From Myxococcota bacterium (GTDB lineage Bacteria; Myxococcota_A; Polyangia; Nannocystales; Nannocystaceae): a stretch of DNA of 64,000 nt. Under the pieces are notes generated by a model, which ran no database searches, was not told the origin of the DNA, and saw only the letters and a program-made list of their open reading frames with translations. The DNA is taken from the NCBI GenBank assembly GCA_039028615.1, contig JBCCHT010000017.1, positions 96,001 to 160,000 of the forward strand. Direction: 5' to 3'. The position numbers and the translations under genes were made by a program. How positions within the stretch are numbered: the stretch's first letter is position 1; each line of letters starts with the position of its first letter. Positions 28,320-37,894 of this stretch are shown here, piece after piece.

Positions 28320-28757
28320 TCAGCCGTTGGCGGCCATGCCCTGTCGAAGCTGCGCCAGATACGGTTCCATGTACTCGAGGGCTTCACTGCGATGTTGCAG
28401 CACTCGATGGGCGTATCCCGGGGAGTGAATCTGAAACAGCACCTTGATGGCCCCCCGCACCATGGCCGAGAGAATGACCAGCGCGACGGTGAACAACAGG
28501 GCATTGTGACGCTCTTTGCTCGCACGAGCATAGGCACCAAATGCCTTGAGTTCCTTCCAGTCGAGGCGTGTCGACTGCGTCAGATCGACCTCGAGACAGA
28601 ACGGCTCACCTCGATCGAGCGCTGCGTCCAAGCCAGTGGTGATGCCGACCACAGACGCCTGATCGAACACTGGTGGTCCTCTCAGGACGACATGTGGCCA
28701 TGCACTGTCATCGACATAAACCCAAGGTTGTGTCCCCCGCGACACCTTTTTCACCAT
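28320..28757 (-). CDS. STAS/SpoIIAA-like small protein, paralog 3
   Basis: VDDSAWPHVV...VILSAMVRGAIK...YMEPYL. Start uncertain. Confidence 0.65.
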   Translation of the reverse strand: MVKKVSRGTQPWVYVDDSAWPHVVLRGPPVFDQASVVGITTGLDAALDRGEPFCLEVDLTQSTRLDWKELKAFGAYARASKERHNALLFTVALVILSAMVRGAIKVLFQIHSPGYAHRVLQHRSEALEYMEPYLAQLRQGMAANG

Positions 28758-28851
28758 ATCAGGTTTCGCCTGACCATAGTGCATTGAAGCCGTCGCCAAT
28801 TCGGTCCGGGTCGGTGACACAGGGCCCACACCTACGCGGGGGTACGCGGTG

Positions 28852-29583
28852 CTACTCGGCCAGCTCCCACGGCATGTAGCGAAGGGTCAGCATGACGGCG
28901 AGAGAGGCCTCCATCGTGACCGGGTCGAAGCCCTCGGTGATCCATGCCCGTTCGGGACGACCCATCACCATCGCCACCTTGGCCGTCTCGCCTTCACGCA
29001 GCTGCACCACGGGCACGGGCAGCAGTCGCTCGACGCGTTGGAAGTGCGTCACCCGCGTGAGTACCTCGATGCTGAACTCTTCGTCGCCGCCCGTCTGCTT
29101 CAGCGCTCCGACAAAGTTCCCGGACAATGCGGCGCGGGTACTGAAGTTCCACGGAGGCAGGCCGCGGGACTTGGCCACGCAGTCGAGTGAGATCTCGTCC
29201 CCGTTCTCATCGAGCACCGCCCGGTAGTCGCCCGCGTTCGAGGCCCGTCGCTGCATCGTGCACGAGGTGGTCCAGCTGCGCTCGGTGGGCGCATCGAAGA
29301 TCAATCCCGCGCGATGCTGCGTCACCGGACGAGGGACGTCTTCGCGCGCGAGCGGACCGTCGGGATCGGGCGCCTCCGTGCGCACACCGACGTCGTGGAT
29401 CTCGTAGGGCCCGAGGGCGAAGCCTCCCTTGCGGCGCTCTCGCGTCAGCTCGGTGCCCTGCTCGACCAGCGTGGGATCGACGACCTTGAGCGCGGGCCGC
29501 TGCGTGAGCGCGCATCCGAGGCTCGTGACGAGCGCCCCGACCATGAGGCCACGGGCCGAGATGCCCTGCGAACGCCGGTTCAT
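28852..29583 (-). CDS. Hypothetical lipoprotein
   Basis: SLGC lipobox after a hydrophobic stretch and GC3 bias. Confidence 0.65.
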   Translation of the reverse strand: MNRRSQGISARGLMVGALVTSLGCALTQRPALKVVDPTLVEQGTELTRERRKGGFALGPYEIHDVGVRTEAPDPDGPLAREDVPRPVTQHRAGLIFDAPTERSWTTSCTMQRRASNAGDYRAVLDENGDEISLDCVAKSRGLPPWNFSTRAALSGNFVGALKQTGGDEEFSIEVLTRVTHFQRVERLLPVPVVQLREGETAKVAMVMGRPERAWITEGFDPVTMEASLAVMLTLRYMPWELAE

Positions 29584-29970
29584 GGGCGCACGATAGCGCA
29601 CCGACAAGACGAGACATCCCCTACGCGACGGTCCGACGATGGACGGCCCCGAGGCGGCGCCAACCAGTCGCGATCGCGCCGCGAAGAGATTCACCCCTCT
29701 CCCGCCGTGACGCGAAGAATGGCTACACCCAACCAGCGGGCGTCGCCTCCGTGGACCGAGCCTCGCCTGCCGTCGCGTTGGGGGATGCTCGAACGAACAC
29801 CATGCCCGTGCCCTGTTTCACCTGTGTGAGACAGGCCGTGAGGGTCCGGCCCCCCCAAAGCGGCCCTCGCGCAGGCGAATGTACGGGATCGAGCGAGGTC
29901 CGAAACCCAACCGGGGATCGCCGGGTCAACTCTCATGAGTGCTGAAGCCCCATCGGGTGGGCATCAGGTC

Positions 29971-30016
29971 GCGAAACCCCGGCGCTGCCCTTCAGTCGGG
30001 GTTTCGCGGCTCTTTT
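29971..30016 (+). terminator. Intrinsic terminator-like hairpin upstream of the RND operon
   Basis: GCGAAACCCCGG...TCGGGGTTTCGC stem followed by CTCTTTT. Confidence 0.5.
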
Positions 30017-30144
30017 GGTTGGCCGGCGAGGACTCGTCACCCGGGCGCATCGACGGGCCGGCAGCACGGCTGCCCTACGCCGCCCGACGGCGCTTGCAGG
30101 TCGCCGATTGCGGGCCATGATCGCCCGCGAGCGCTTCGCCGAAC

Positions 30145-31359
30145 ATGCCTCGAATTCGCAGTGCCTTGTTGCCGCTCGTGGTCGTGGCCGCGGGTGTTTC
30201 GATCGCGGGTTTCCTCGTCGCCAGCCGCCCCCAAGCCGAGCAGCGAGAACCCGAAGATCCGGTGACCTTCGTCCGCACGAAGGTGGCCCGGCCCGGACCG
30301 CACCAGGTCTCGATCGCGGTCATGGGGGTGGTTCGAGCCGAGCGCGAGGTCACCCTGCAGGCCGAGGTCGCGGGGCGGGTCGTGCAGCACTCCGATCGGC
30401 TCGTCGACGGCGGGCTCGTCGATGGCGGCGACCTGCTCGTCAAGCTCGACGCGCGCGACTACAGCTCGGCCGTCGACATGTCCAAGGCCGACCTGGCTCA
30501 GGCGCGGCTGCAGGTGCGCGAAGAAAAGGTGCAGCGCCAAGTCGCCGAGGCAGAGTGGCGCGACGCCCCCGACGATTTTTCCGATGACGCCCGGGCCTAC
30601 GTCATGCGCGAGCCTCATCTCGACGCGGCCCGGGCCGCCGTCAGCTCCGCCCGCAGCCGCATCGACAAGGCCAAGCGCGACGTCGGCAAGACGGTGATCC
30701 GTGCCCCCTTCGATGCGGTGGTCGTCAGCGAGAACGTGGAGATCGGGCAGCTCGTAGGTCCGCAAGCGCCCGTCGCCCGCCTCGCCGGGGTCGACCGGTT
30801 CTGGATTCAGGCCTCCATTCCCGTCTCTCAGCTCAAGCACCTCGAGATTCCCCGGGTCAGCACCGACCAGGCCAAGGGCTCCTCGGCCACCATCATCGAT
30901 CGCGCGGCGGGGGAGCTCGACCGCGAGGGCTACCTGCTGCGCCTGCTGCCCAAGGTCGAAGAGCGCGGGCGCATGGCGCAGATCATCATCGCCGTCGACG
31001 ACCCCATGGGCCTACGCAAGCCGCTGGGCGAGCGCCCCACCCCGCTTTTGGTCGGGACCTACGTCGAGAGCCAGATCGCGGGCAAGACCCTGCCCCGCGT
31101 CGTGTCCGTGCCGCGCCGTGCGATGTACGACGACACCCACGTCTGGGTCGTCGACGGCGAAAGCCGCCTGCGCTCCCGCGAGGTCGAGGTCGTGTGGCGC
31201 GAGCGAGGCCAGGTCTTCGTGAGCGACGGCCTGACCGAAGGCGAGCGCTACGTCGTCAGCGGCCTGCCGCTCGCCACCGAAGGCATGCCCGTCGAGCTCG
31301 AAGAAGAGACCGCGCCCGGCTCGAAGTCCGAACAACCTCCGCCCCCCGAGAGCCCCTAG
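30145..31359 (+). CDS. RND efflux periplasmic adaptor (MFP) subunit
   Basis: N-terminal TM, EVAGRV, lipoyl-like GDLLVKLDARDY, TVIRAPFDAVV and VSDGLTEGE. Confidence 0.92.
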   Translation: MPRIRSALLPLVVVAAGVSIAGFLVASRPQAEQREPEDPVTFVRTKVARPGPHQVSIAVMGVVRAEREVTLQAEVAGRVVQHSDRLVDGGLVDGGDLLVKLDARDYSSAVDMSKADLAQARLQVREEKVQRQVAEAEWRDAPDDFSDDARAYVMREPHLDAARAAVSSARSRIDKAKRDVGKTVIRAPFDAVVVSENVEIGQLVGPQAPVARLAGVDRFWIQASIPVSQLKHLEIPRVSTDQAKGSSATIIDRAAGELDREGYLLRLLPKVEERGRMAQIIIAVDDPMGLRKPLGERPTPLLVGTYVESQIAGKTLPRVVSVPRRAMYDDTHVWVVDGESRLRSREVEVVWRERGQVFVSDGLTEGERYVVSGLPLATEGMPVELEEETAPGSKSEQPPPPESP

Positions 31360-31369
31360 TCACCAGAGC

Positions 31370-34300
31370 GTGCCCGTGGCCGTGCCCGAACAACAGCTCG
31401 AGCCCAAAGACCGCAAGGGCGTGGTCTCGTGGTTCACCCGCAACCCGGTCGCCGCCAACCTGCTGATGTTGGCGCTGCTGCTCGGCGGGATCATGGTCGG
31501 CATGGGAGTCAAGCAGGAGGTCTTCCCCGACTTCAAGCTCGACATGGTCTCCATCTCGGTGCCCTATCCCGGGGCCAGCCCCTCCGAGGTCGAAAAGGGG
31601 ATCATCGTGGCCATCGAGGAAGCGGTGCGCAACCTCGATGGCGTCGACCGGGTGACCTCCTCTGCGCAAGAAGGGGGCGGGCGCGTCTACGTCAGCCTCG
31701 AGCTGGAGGCCGACGCCAACAAGCTGCTGGCCGACGTCAAGAACGCGGTCGATCGGCTCACCTCCTTGCCCGAGGAATCCGAGCGCCCCACCGTCTCGCT
31801 CGTCACCAATCGGGTCGAGGTCATCTCGCTCATCCTCTATGGCGACCAGGACGAGGCCTTGCTGCGCTCGCTCGCCGAGTGGACCCGCGACGAGCTGCTC
31901 CTCGATCCGCTGGTGACCCAGGCCGAGCTGATGGGCGCGCCGCCGCACGAGACCTCCGTCGAGGTGCCGCTGGCCAAGCTGCGCGAGCACGGGCTCACCC
32001 TCGAGCAGGTCGCCGCCACCATCGGGGCCTCGGCCATCGAGCTGCCCGGCGGCGCCATCAAGACCGACGCGGGCGAGGTCCTGCTGCGCACCGCCGAGCG
32101 ACGGCAGCGCGGGGTCGAGTACGCCGAGCTGCCCGTCGTCACCAGTCCCACCGGCACTCAGGTCTCGCTCGGCGACATCGCGTCCGTGCGCGAGACCTTC
32201 GCCGACACCGAGCAGGCCGCCTACTACGATGGCAAGCCCGCGATCATGCTCAAGGTCTATCGCTCTGGCGATCAGACCCCGATCGAGGTCGCCGACGCGG
32301 TCAAGAAGCAGGTCGAGCGCATCGAGGCCCGCCTGCCCGAGGGGGTGCACGTCGCCATCTGGGCCGACTGGTCGCAGATCTACGTCGAGCGCATCGACCT
32401 TTTGATGCGCAACGCGTACATCGGCCTCGCCCTCGTGCTGCTCGTGCTCGGGCTCTTCCTCGAGCTGCGGCTGGCCTTCTGGGTCACCATGGGCATCCCC
32501 GTGTCCTTCCTGGGCTCGCTGCTGCTCATGCCGGCCATGGACGTCAGCGTGAACATGCTGTCGCTGTTCGCGTTCATCGTCACCCTGGGCATGGTGGTCG
32601 ACGACGCCATCGTGGTGGGCGAGAGCATCTACGAGGCCCGACAGCGGGGAGAGCCGCGCCTGCGAGGTGCCATCCGCGGCGCCCGGCAAGTCGCCATTCC
32701 CGTGTGCTTTTCGATCGCGACCTCCGTCGTCGCGTTCATGCCCATGCTCTTCGTGCCCGGCTTCTCGGGCAAGTTCTACCGGGTGATCCCCAGCATCGTG
32801 ATCTCGGTGCTGGTCATCTCGCTCGTCGAGTCGCTGTGGGTCCTGCCCGCGCACCTCGCCGCGCTCAAAGACCCGAAGAAAGAGGGCTTCTACGCCGCGC
32901 TGCACCACCAGCAACAGAAGGTCAGCCGCGCCCTCGAGCGCTTCGTTCGCAACATCTACGCCCCCGTGCTGAAGGTCGCGCTGCGACGACGCTACCTGTC
33001 GCTGGCGATCGGCGTCGCCATCTTGATCGCCACCGTGGGCTGGGTCGCGGGCGGGCGCATCATGTTCCGCTTCATGCCCGAGATCGACGGCGAGCTGGTG
33101 GTGAGCGGCATCGAGATGCCCTACGGCACCGCCCCCGCCGAGACCGAACGCGTGCGCCGCTACGTGATGCAGGCCGCAATGAAGGTCGTCGCCGAGACCG
33201 GCGAAGAAGGGATCGTGCGCGGTCGCTTCAGCCAGCTCGGCACCCCCTTGCCCGGCGATCCGGGCGTGGCCAACCGCGCCGTGGTCGGGGGCCATATCGC
33301 CAACGTGCAGGTCTTCCTCGTGCCTTCCGCCGAGCGCACGATCTCCGCCTCCGAGTTCCTCTCCCGCTGGCGCAAGGAGGTCGGTCGGGTCGCGGGCGTC
33401 GACAGCATGCGCTTTTCGCTGGCCATGGGCCCCAGCCCCGGCGCGCCCATCAACGTCGAGCTCAAGCACACCGACATGGACGTGCTCGAGGAGGCCGCGG
33501 CCGAGCTCGCCGAGACGCTCACCACCTACCCGAGCACCTGGGACATCAACGACGGGTTCTCGCAGGGCAAGCCTCAGCTCGACCTCACCATGACCAACAA
33601 GGCCTCCGTGCTCGGCCTGAGCGCGGGGGATGTCGCCCGCCAGGTGCGGGCCGCCTTCTACGGCGCCGAGGCCCTGCGCCAGCAGATCGGCCGCAACGAG
33701 GTGCGGGTGGTCGTACGCCTGCCCGAGGACGAGCGCCGCTACGTCCACGACTTCGAGAACCTGCTCATTCGCACGCCCACGGGGGGAGAGGTGCCCCTGC
33801 GCGAGGTCGCCGAGATCCGCCGCGGGCGAAGCTGGCCGGTCATCAACCGGGCCGAGGGTCAGCGCTTCGTCGAGGTCACCGCCGACGTGCGCATGGGCGA
33901 GGCCGATCCCAACGCGATCTTGGCCTCGCTCGAGGCCGAGCACATTCCACCGTTGCTCGCGAAGTACCCCGGGCTTCAGTACGAGTTCGGAGGCTCGCAG
34001 CGCGAGCAGGCCAAGGCCATGGGTGCGCTCGGGGCCGGCGGTCAGCTGGCGATCATCGCCATCTTTGCTCTGCTCGCGATCCCCTTCCGCAGCTACACGC
34101 AGCCCATCATCGTCATGGCCGCCATCCCCTTCGGGCTCGTCGGCGCGATCATGGGCCACGTGATCATGGGCTTCGACCTCAGCATGATCAGCGTCATGGG
34201 CATCATCGCCCTGTCCGGCGTCGTGGTGAACGACTCGCTCGTGCTGATCGACGCCGCCAACGTCTACCGACGAGAGGGGCGGTCGATCTTCGAGGCCATC

Positions 34301-34615
34301 CACGCCGCCGGGATCCGCCGTTTCCGCCCCATCATCCTGACCTCGCTGACCACCTTCTTGGGCCTCATGCCCATGATCACCGAGACCTCGGCCCAGGCTC
34401 AGTTCCTGATCCCCATGGCAGTGAGCCTCGGCTTCGGGGTCTTGTTCGCGACCTTCATCATCTTGCTGCTGGTGCCCGCGTACTACTTGATCCTGCACGA
34501 CATCCTCGCGGCGCTCGGTCGCGACGAGCCCGTCGTGCTGCCGCCGTCGGATGGGGAGGGTGGGCAGAGCATCGAGCCGCGGACCGGCATGACCGTGCCC
34601 GCGCCCGCCGAGTGA
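31370..34615 (+). CDS. RND efflux permease (AcrB/AcrD/AcrF family)
   Basis: 1081 aa. NPVAANLLM, GMVVDDAIVVGE, GVVVNDSLVL and RFRPIILTSLTT. Confidence 0.95.
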   Translation: MPVAVPEQQLEPKDRKGVVSWFTRNPVAANLLMLALLLGGIMVGMGVKQEVFPDFKLDMVSISVPYPGASPSEVEKGIIVAIEEAVRNLDGVDRVTSSAQEGGGRVYVSLELEADANKLLADVKNAVDRLTSLPEESERPTVSLVTNRVEVISLILYGDQDEALLRSLAEWTRDELLLDPLVTQAELMGAPPHETSVEVPLAKLREHGLTLEQVAATIGASAIELPGGAIKTDAGEVLLRTAERRQRGVEYAELPVVTSPTGTQVSLGDIASVRETFADTEQAAYYDGKPAIMLKVYRSGDQTPIEVADAVKKQVERIEARLPEGVHVAIWADWSQIYVERIDLLMRNAYIGLALVLLVLGLFLELRLAFWVTMGIPVSFLGSLLLMPAMDVSVNMLSLFAFIVTLGMVVDDAIVVGESIYEARQRGEPRLRGAIRGARQVAIPVCFSIATSVVAFMPMLFVPGFSGKFYRVIPSIVISVLVISLVESLWVLPAHLAALKDPKKEGFYAALHHQQQKVSRALERFVRNIYAPVLKVALRRRYLSLAIGVAILIATVGWVAGGRIMFRFMPEIDGELVVSGIEMPYGTAPAETERVRRYVMQAAMKVVAETGEEGIVRGRFSQLGTPLPGDPGVANRAVVGGHIANVQVFLVPSAERTISASEFLSRWRKEVGRVAGVDSMRFSLAMGPSPGAPINVELKHTDMDVLEEAAAELAETLTTYPSTWDINDGFSQGKPQLDLTMTNKASVLGLSAGDVARQVRAAFYGAEALRQQIGRNEVRVVVRLPEDERRYVHDFENLLIRTPTGGEVPLREVAEIRRGRSWPVINRAEGQRFVEVTADVRMGEADPNAILASLEAEHIPPLLAKYPGLQYEFGGSQREQAKAMGALGAGGQLAIIAIFALLAIPFRSYTQPIIVMAAIPFGLVGAIMGHVIMGFDLSMISVMGIIALSGVVVNDSLVLIDAANVYRREGRSIFEAIHAAGIRRFRPIILTSLTTFLGLMPMITETSAQAQFLIPMAVSLGFGVLFATFIILLLVPAYYLILHDILAALGRDEPVVLPPSDGEGGQSIEPRTGMTVPAPAE

Positions 34616-34624
34616 CACGGTGGG

Positions 34625-35119
34625 TCAGCGGTCGAGCGACGCGCGAAGGTCTGCGACCGCCGCCTCGATCTCGGGCTTCAACCGCTCGGGAAATGCGACC
34701 GACTTCGTCTGAATCAGCGCATCGGGGCGCGGCCCGACCGACAGCTCGATCTCGAGCTTTAGCCCGTCGACACGAATCCCCGCGAGCTGGCTATAGAACT
34801 CGGTGAACGCGTGGTGGTTCTTGCCGATGAACAGCCCCGACTTCGCCAGGAGCAGTTCCCGGCCCTCGTCGTCGGTCCAGCGGGTATAGATGGACGAAGG
34901 GTCGGCGACGGCCGCCTCCCAGGCTTCATGCTGAATGCGACGATTGAGGACGATGACCTGGCGCAGGCACAGCCCGCCCGTCAGCACGCCCGTCACTACG
35001 AAGGACCACGCGAGCAGCTGGTCGGGGTCCGGCGCGGCCGCGAGCATGAAGATGCCGCCGAACGCGAGCCCGAAGCCGACGATCATGGCCATCGCGTAGA
35101 GCAGGAGCCTCCCCAGCAC
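34625..35119 (-). CDS. Hypothetical membrane protein (2 TM)
   Basis: Two hydrophobic helices then a soluble domain. Start uncertain. Confidence 0.6.
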   Translation of the reverse strand: MLGRLLLYAMAMIVGFGLAFGGIFMLAAAPDPDQLLAWSFVVTGVLTGGLCLRQVIVLNRRIQHEAWEAAVADPSSIYTRWTDDEGRELLLAKSGLFIGKNHHAFTEFYSQLAGIRVDGLKLEIELSVGPRPDALIQTKSVAFPERLKPEIEAAVADLRASLDR

Positions 35120-35150
35120 GACGAGGAGTGTACCTCGGGTGGGCGGGGAG

Positions 35151-36584
35151 TCAGCCGACCACGCCGAAGCGCAGGTCGATCGCACGACGCCGATAGCCGA
35201 AGATCCGCCGCAGCGTCTTCGCGACGAACATCCAGTTCGCCACACGCCCCAGCAGCCCCAGCGGCGGCGCGTACCAGACCCGATCGACCATCAGCGTGCG
35301 GTCGCCGTCGGCCTCGAAGCGGTGCTCGTGGTACCAGCAGCGATAGGGCCCGCGCAGCTGGGCGTCGACGAAGCGCTGCCCTTGCTCCCAGACCTCGATG
35401 TTGGTCAGCCACCCCATCGGCACGGGGCCCAGGCGAATCTGGTAGGCGATCTGGGTGCCCGCGGCCATGTCGAGCTTGCCGGGGGTCTGGATCTCGAAGC
35501 CGAGCCCGGACGGGGTCATGACGCCGAGGTTCTCGGCGCGGCAGAACAGCTCGAAGACCTCGGCCAGCGGGGCACCGATCAGCGTGCGCTGCTCGAGCAG
35601 GTAGCGAGGTCGCCGACGGCTCAGGTAGTCCGACTGCGGAACATCGACGGCGGGACCGATCTGCACGTGGGCATGGCCCCGGTCGACGGCATCCGCGAGC
35701 ATCGCGTCGAGCTGGGAGAAACGAAAAGAGAAGCCGAGTTCTTCCAGACGGCGCGGCACCACGCGCTGGCTGGCGAGCACGATCGCCGCCGCATCGCCCA
35801 ACGCCAGGCGCAGCGCGAAACCGGGGACCTTCAGCAGCATCGGCCGACCCAGCGCCCGCGCCAGCGCCTTGGAAAAATCGCGATTGGAGACCGCGCAGGG
35901 ACTCACCGCGTTGATCGCCCCTTCGTAGCGCTCGTCGGTCAGCGCCTGCACGACGAGCTCGACCAGATCCCGCAGGTGAATGAGGGGCATGAACTGGCGC
36001 CCCGAGCCGATCGCCGCCCCCAGGCCCGCGGCGAACGAGGGGCGCATCGTCGCCAACGCACCGCCTTCACCGTCGAGCACGACTCCGATCCGCAGGGTGC
36101 ACAACCGAACCCCGTGCTCTCGCGCGCCTTCGGCTGCGCCTTCCCACTCGCGGCACAGCTGTGCCAGGTAGCCTTCGCCGGGCGCCGAGTCCTCGTCGAG
36201 CACCTCGTCGCCGCGATCGCCATACCAGCCCACCGCGCTGCCCGAGACCAGCACCCGAGGTTTCGAACTGGCGCTCGCCATGGCGTCCACCAGGCGCTGC
36301 GTCACCCCCACTCGGCTGCTGCGCATGGCCTGGCGATGATTCGCCGTCCAGCGTTTGGCCACGGGCGCACCCGCGAGGTTGACCACCGCGTCGACCTGCT
36401 CCATCGCGCGGGCCAGGCCCGCGTCGCCCTCGTCGGTGGGCAAAAGCTCGACCTGAGCCCCCAGCGTGCCCGCAGCCGCGACCGGATTCCGAACCCACGC
36501 CACCACCTGGTGACCGTCGCGTTGCAGTCGCAGCGTCAGCGCACGACCGACCAGGCCCGTTGCTCCGGTGATCAAGATCTTCAT
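35151..36584 (-). CDS. TIGR01777-family NAD-dependent epimerase fused to a C-terminal SRPBCC domain
   Basis: MKILITGATGLVG, VVNLAGA, SAVGWYG, SQRVVPRRL. Then VFELFCRAENL..MTP, FVDAQLRGPY..WYHEH. Confidence 0.9.
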   Translation of the reverse strand: MKILITGATGLVGRALTLRLQRDGHQVVAWVRNPVAAAGTLGAQVELLPTDEGDAGLARAMEQVDAVVNLAGAPVAKRWTANHRQAMRSSRVGVTQRLVDAMASASSKPRVLVSGSAVGWYGDRGDEVLDEDSAPGEGYLAQLCREWEGAAEGAREHGVRLCTLRIGVVLDGEGGALATMRPSFAAGLGAAIGSGRQFMPLIHLRDLVELVVQALTDERYEGAINAVSPCAVSNRDFSKALARALGRPMLLKVPGFALRLALGDAAAIVLASQRVVPRRLEELGFSFRFSQLDAMLADAVDRGHAHVQIGPAVDVPQSDYLSRRRPRYLLEQRTLIGAPLAEVFELFCRAENLGVMTPSGLGFEIQTPGKLDMAAGTQIAYQIRLGPVPMGWLTNIEVWEQGQRFVDAQLRGPYRCWYHEHRFEADGDRTLMVDRVWYAPPLGLLGRVANWMFVAKTLRRIFGYRRRAIDLRFGVVG

Positions 36585-36694
36585 GGCTCGCGTTGCCCTC
36601 GTCCAGGTGCCTACCACGGAACCCCGACCGAACAACCAACCCCGCGCTGCGAGGGCTCAGCGGGGGTCTAGCCCCCGCCTCGCCCGTGGCCGCG

Positions 36695-37894
36695 TCAACG
36701 CAGCTCGCGGCTCGATTTGCCGAGCAAGCGGCGCGCGATGATGAGCTGCTGGATCTGCTGCGTCCCCTCGAAGATGTCGAGGATCTTCGAGTCCCGCGCC
36801 CACTTCTCGAGCAGCTCGTCCTCCGAGTACCCGAGCGCCCCGCACAACGAGACGCACTGCAGCGTGACCTCGTTGGCCATGCGCCCGGCCTTGGCTTTGG
36901 CCATGGAGGCTTGCATGGAGTTGGGCTGGTTGTTGTCGGCCATCCACGCCGCCTTGAGGGTCAGCAGCCAGGCGGCCTCGAGCTCGGCTTCGAGTCGTTG
37001 CAGCTCGGCCTCGGTGGCGTCGAGCTGCCAACGCGGGCGACGCCAGCGGGGCTCCATGCGCAGCAGCTCGCGAGTGCGATCGAGGGCGGCCCGAGCAACG
37101 CCCGCGGCCATGGCTGCGACCACGGGACGGGTGTTGTCGAAGGTCTGCATGACCCCGGCAAAGCCCTTGCGGGTCTGGATCTCCTCGGAGCCGAGGATGT
37201 TGGTCCGCGGCACTCGGCAGTCGGTGAAGTGAATCGTGGCGGTGTCGGAGGCCCGAATGCCGAGCTTGTGATCGAGGCGCACGACATCGAAGCCGGGACG
37301 GCCGCGCTCGACGACGAAGCTCTTGATGGCCGCCCGACCCTGGTCGCGATCGATGGTGGCCCACACGACGACGAGGTCGGCCCGCTCGCCGCAGGTGACG
37401 AAGATCTTCTCGCCGTTGATGACCCACTCGTCGGTGGCCTCGTCGAGCCGCGCAGTGGTGCGAATGGCGGCGGAATCCGATCCGGTGCTGGGCTCGGTGA
37501 TGGCCATGGCCGCCCACTTGCCGTCGAAGCGCTCTTTTTGCTCGGGGGTGGCCACGGCCGCGATGGCGGCGTTGCCCAGGCCCTGGCCGGGAATGGTGAG
37601 GAGCAGGCCGAGGTCGCCCCAGCACAGGGCCTCGACGTTGAGGACGGCCGCCATGTTCTTGCCGTTGCGGACGCCCTTGCGCTCGCTCTTCTCGCGCTTG
37701 ATCTCGGTGGCCCCGATGGAGCTACCACCCTTGGCCATGCCGTCGACGATGGCGCGTAGAGAGTCGAGCTCGACGGGATAGTCGTGCTCGGCGCGGTCGT
37801 ACTTGCGAGAGATGGGGCGAAACATGCCCTGGGCGACGTCGCGGGCCATGGTGGCCACGCCGCGCAGGCGACGGGGAATCTCCAGGGAAATCAT
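36695..37894 (-). CDS. Acyl-CoA dehydrogenase (FadE23-like)
   Basis: AMAITEPSTGSDS, NGEKIFVT, KLGIRASDT and DIFEGTQQIQ. Confidence 0.9.
   Translation of the reverse strand: MISLEIPRRLRGVATMARDVAQGMFRPISRKYDRAEHDYPVELDSLRAIVDGMAKGGSSIGATEIKREKSERKGVRNGKNMAAVLNVEALCWGDLGLLLTIPGQGLGNAAIAAVATPEQKERFDGKWAAMAITEPSTGSDSAAIRTTARLDEATDEWVINGEKIFVTCGERADLVVVWATIDRDQGRAAIKSFVVERGRPGFDVVRLDHKLGIRASDTATIHFTDCRVPRTNILGSEEIQTRKGFAGVMQTFDNTRPVVAAMAAGVARAALDRTRELLRMEPRWRRPRWQLDATEAELQRLEAELEAAWLLTLKAAWMADNNQPNSMQASMAKAKAGRMANEVTLQCVSLCGALGYSEDELLEKWARDSKILDIFEGTQQIQQLIIARRLLGKSSRELR

Noticed and set aside
29802..29964. 6S RNA assignment
   Set aside because: The ends pair, but I could not see the central bubble architecture and the usual zapA/ygfA context is absent. 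Kept only as an unnamed structured element.
31256..34806. 1120-aa and 1125-aa ORFs overlapping the RND permease
   Set aside because: Typical high-GC alternative-frame artefacts with no motifs.
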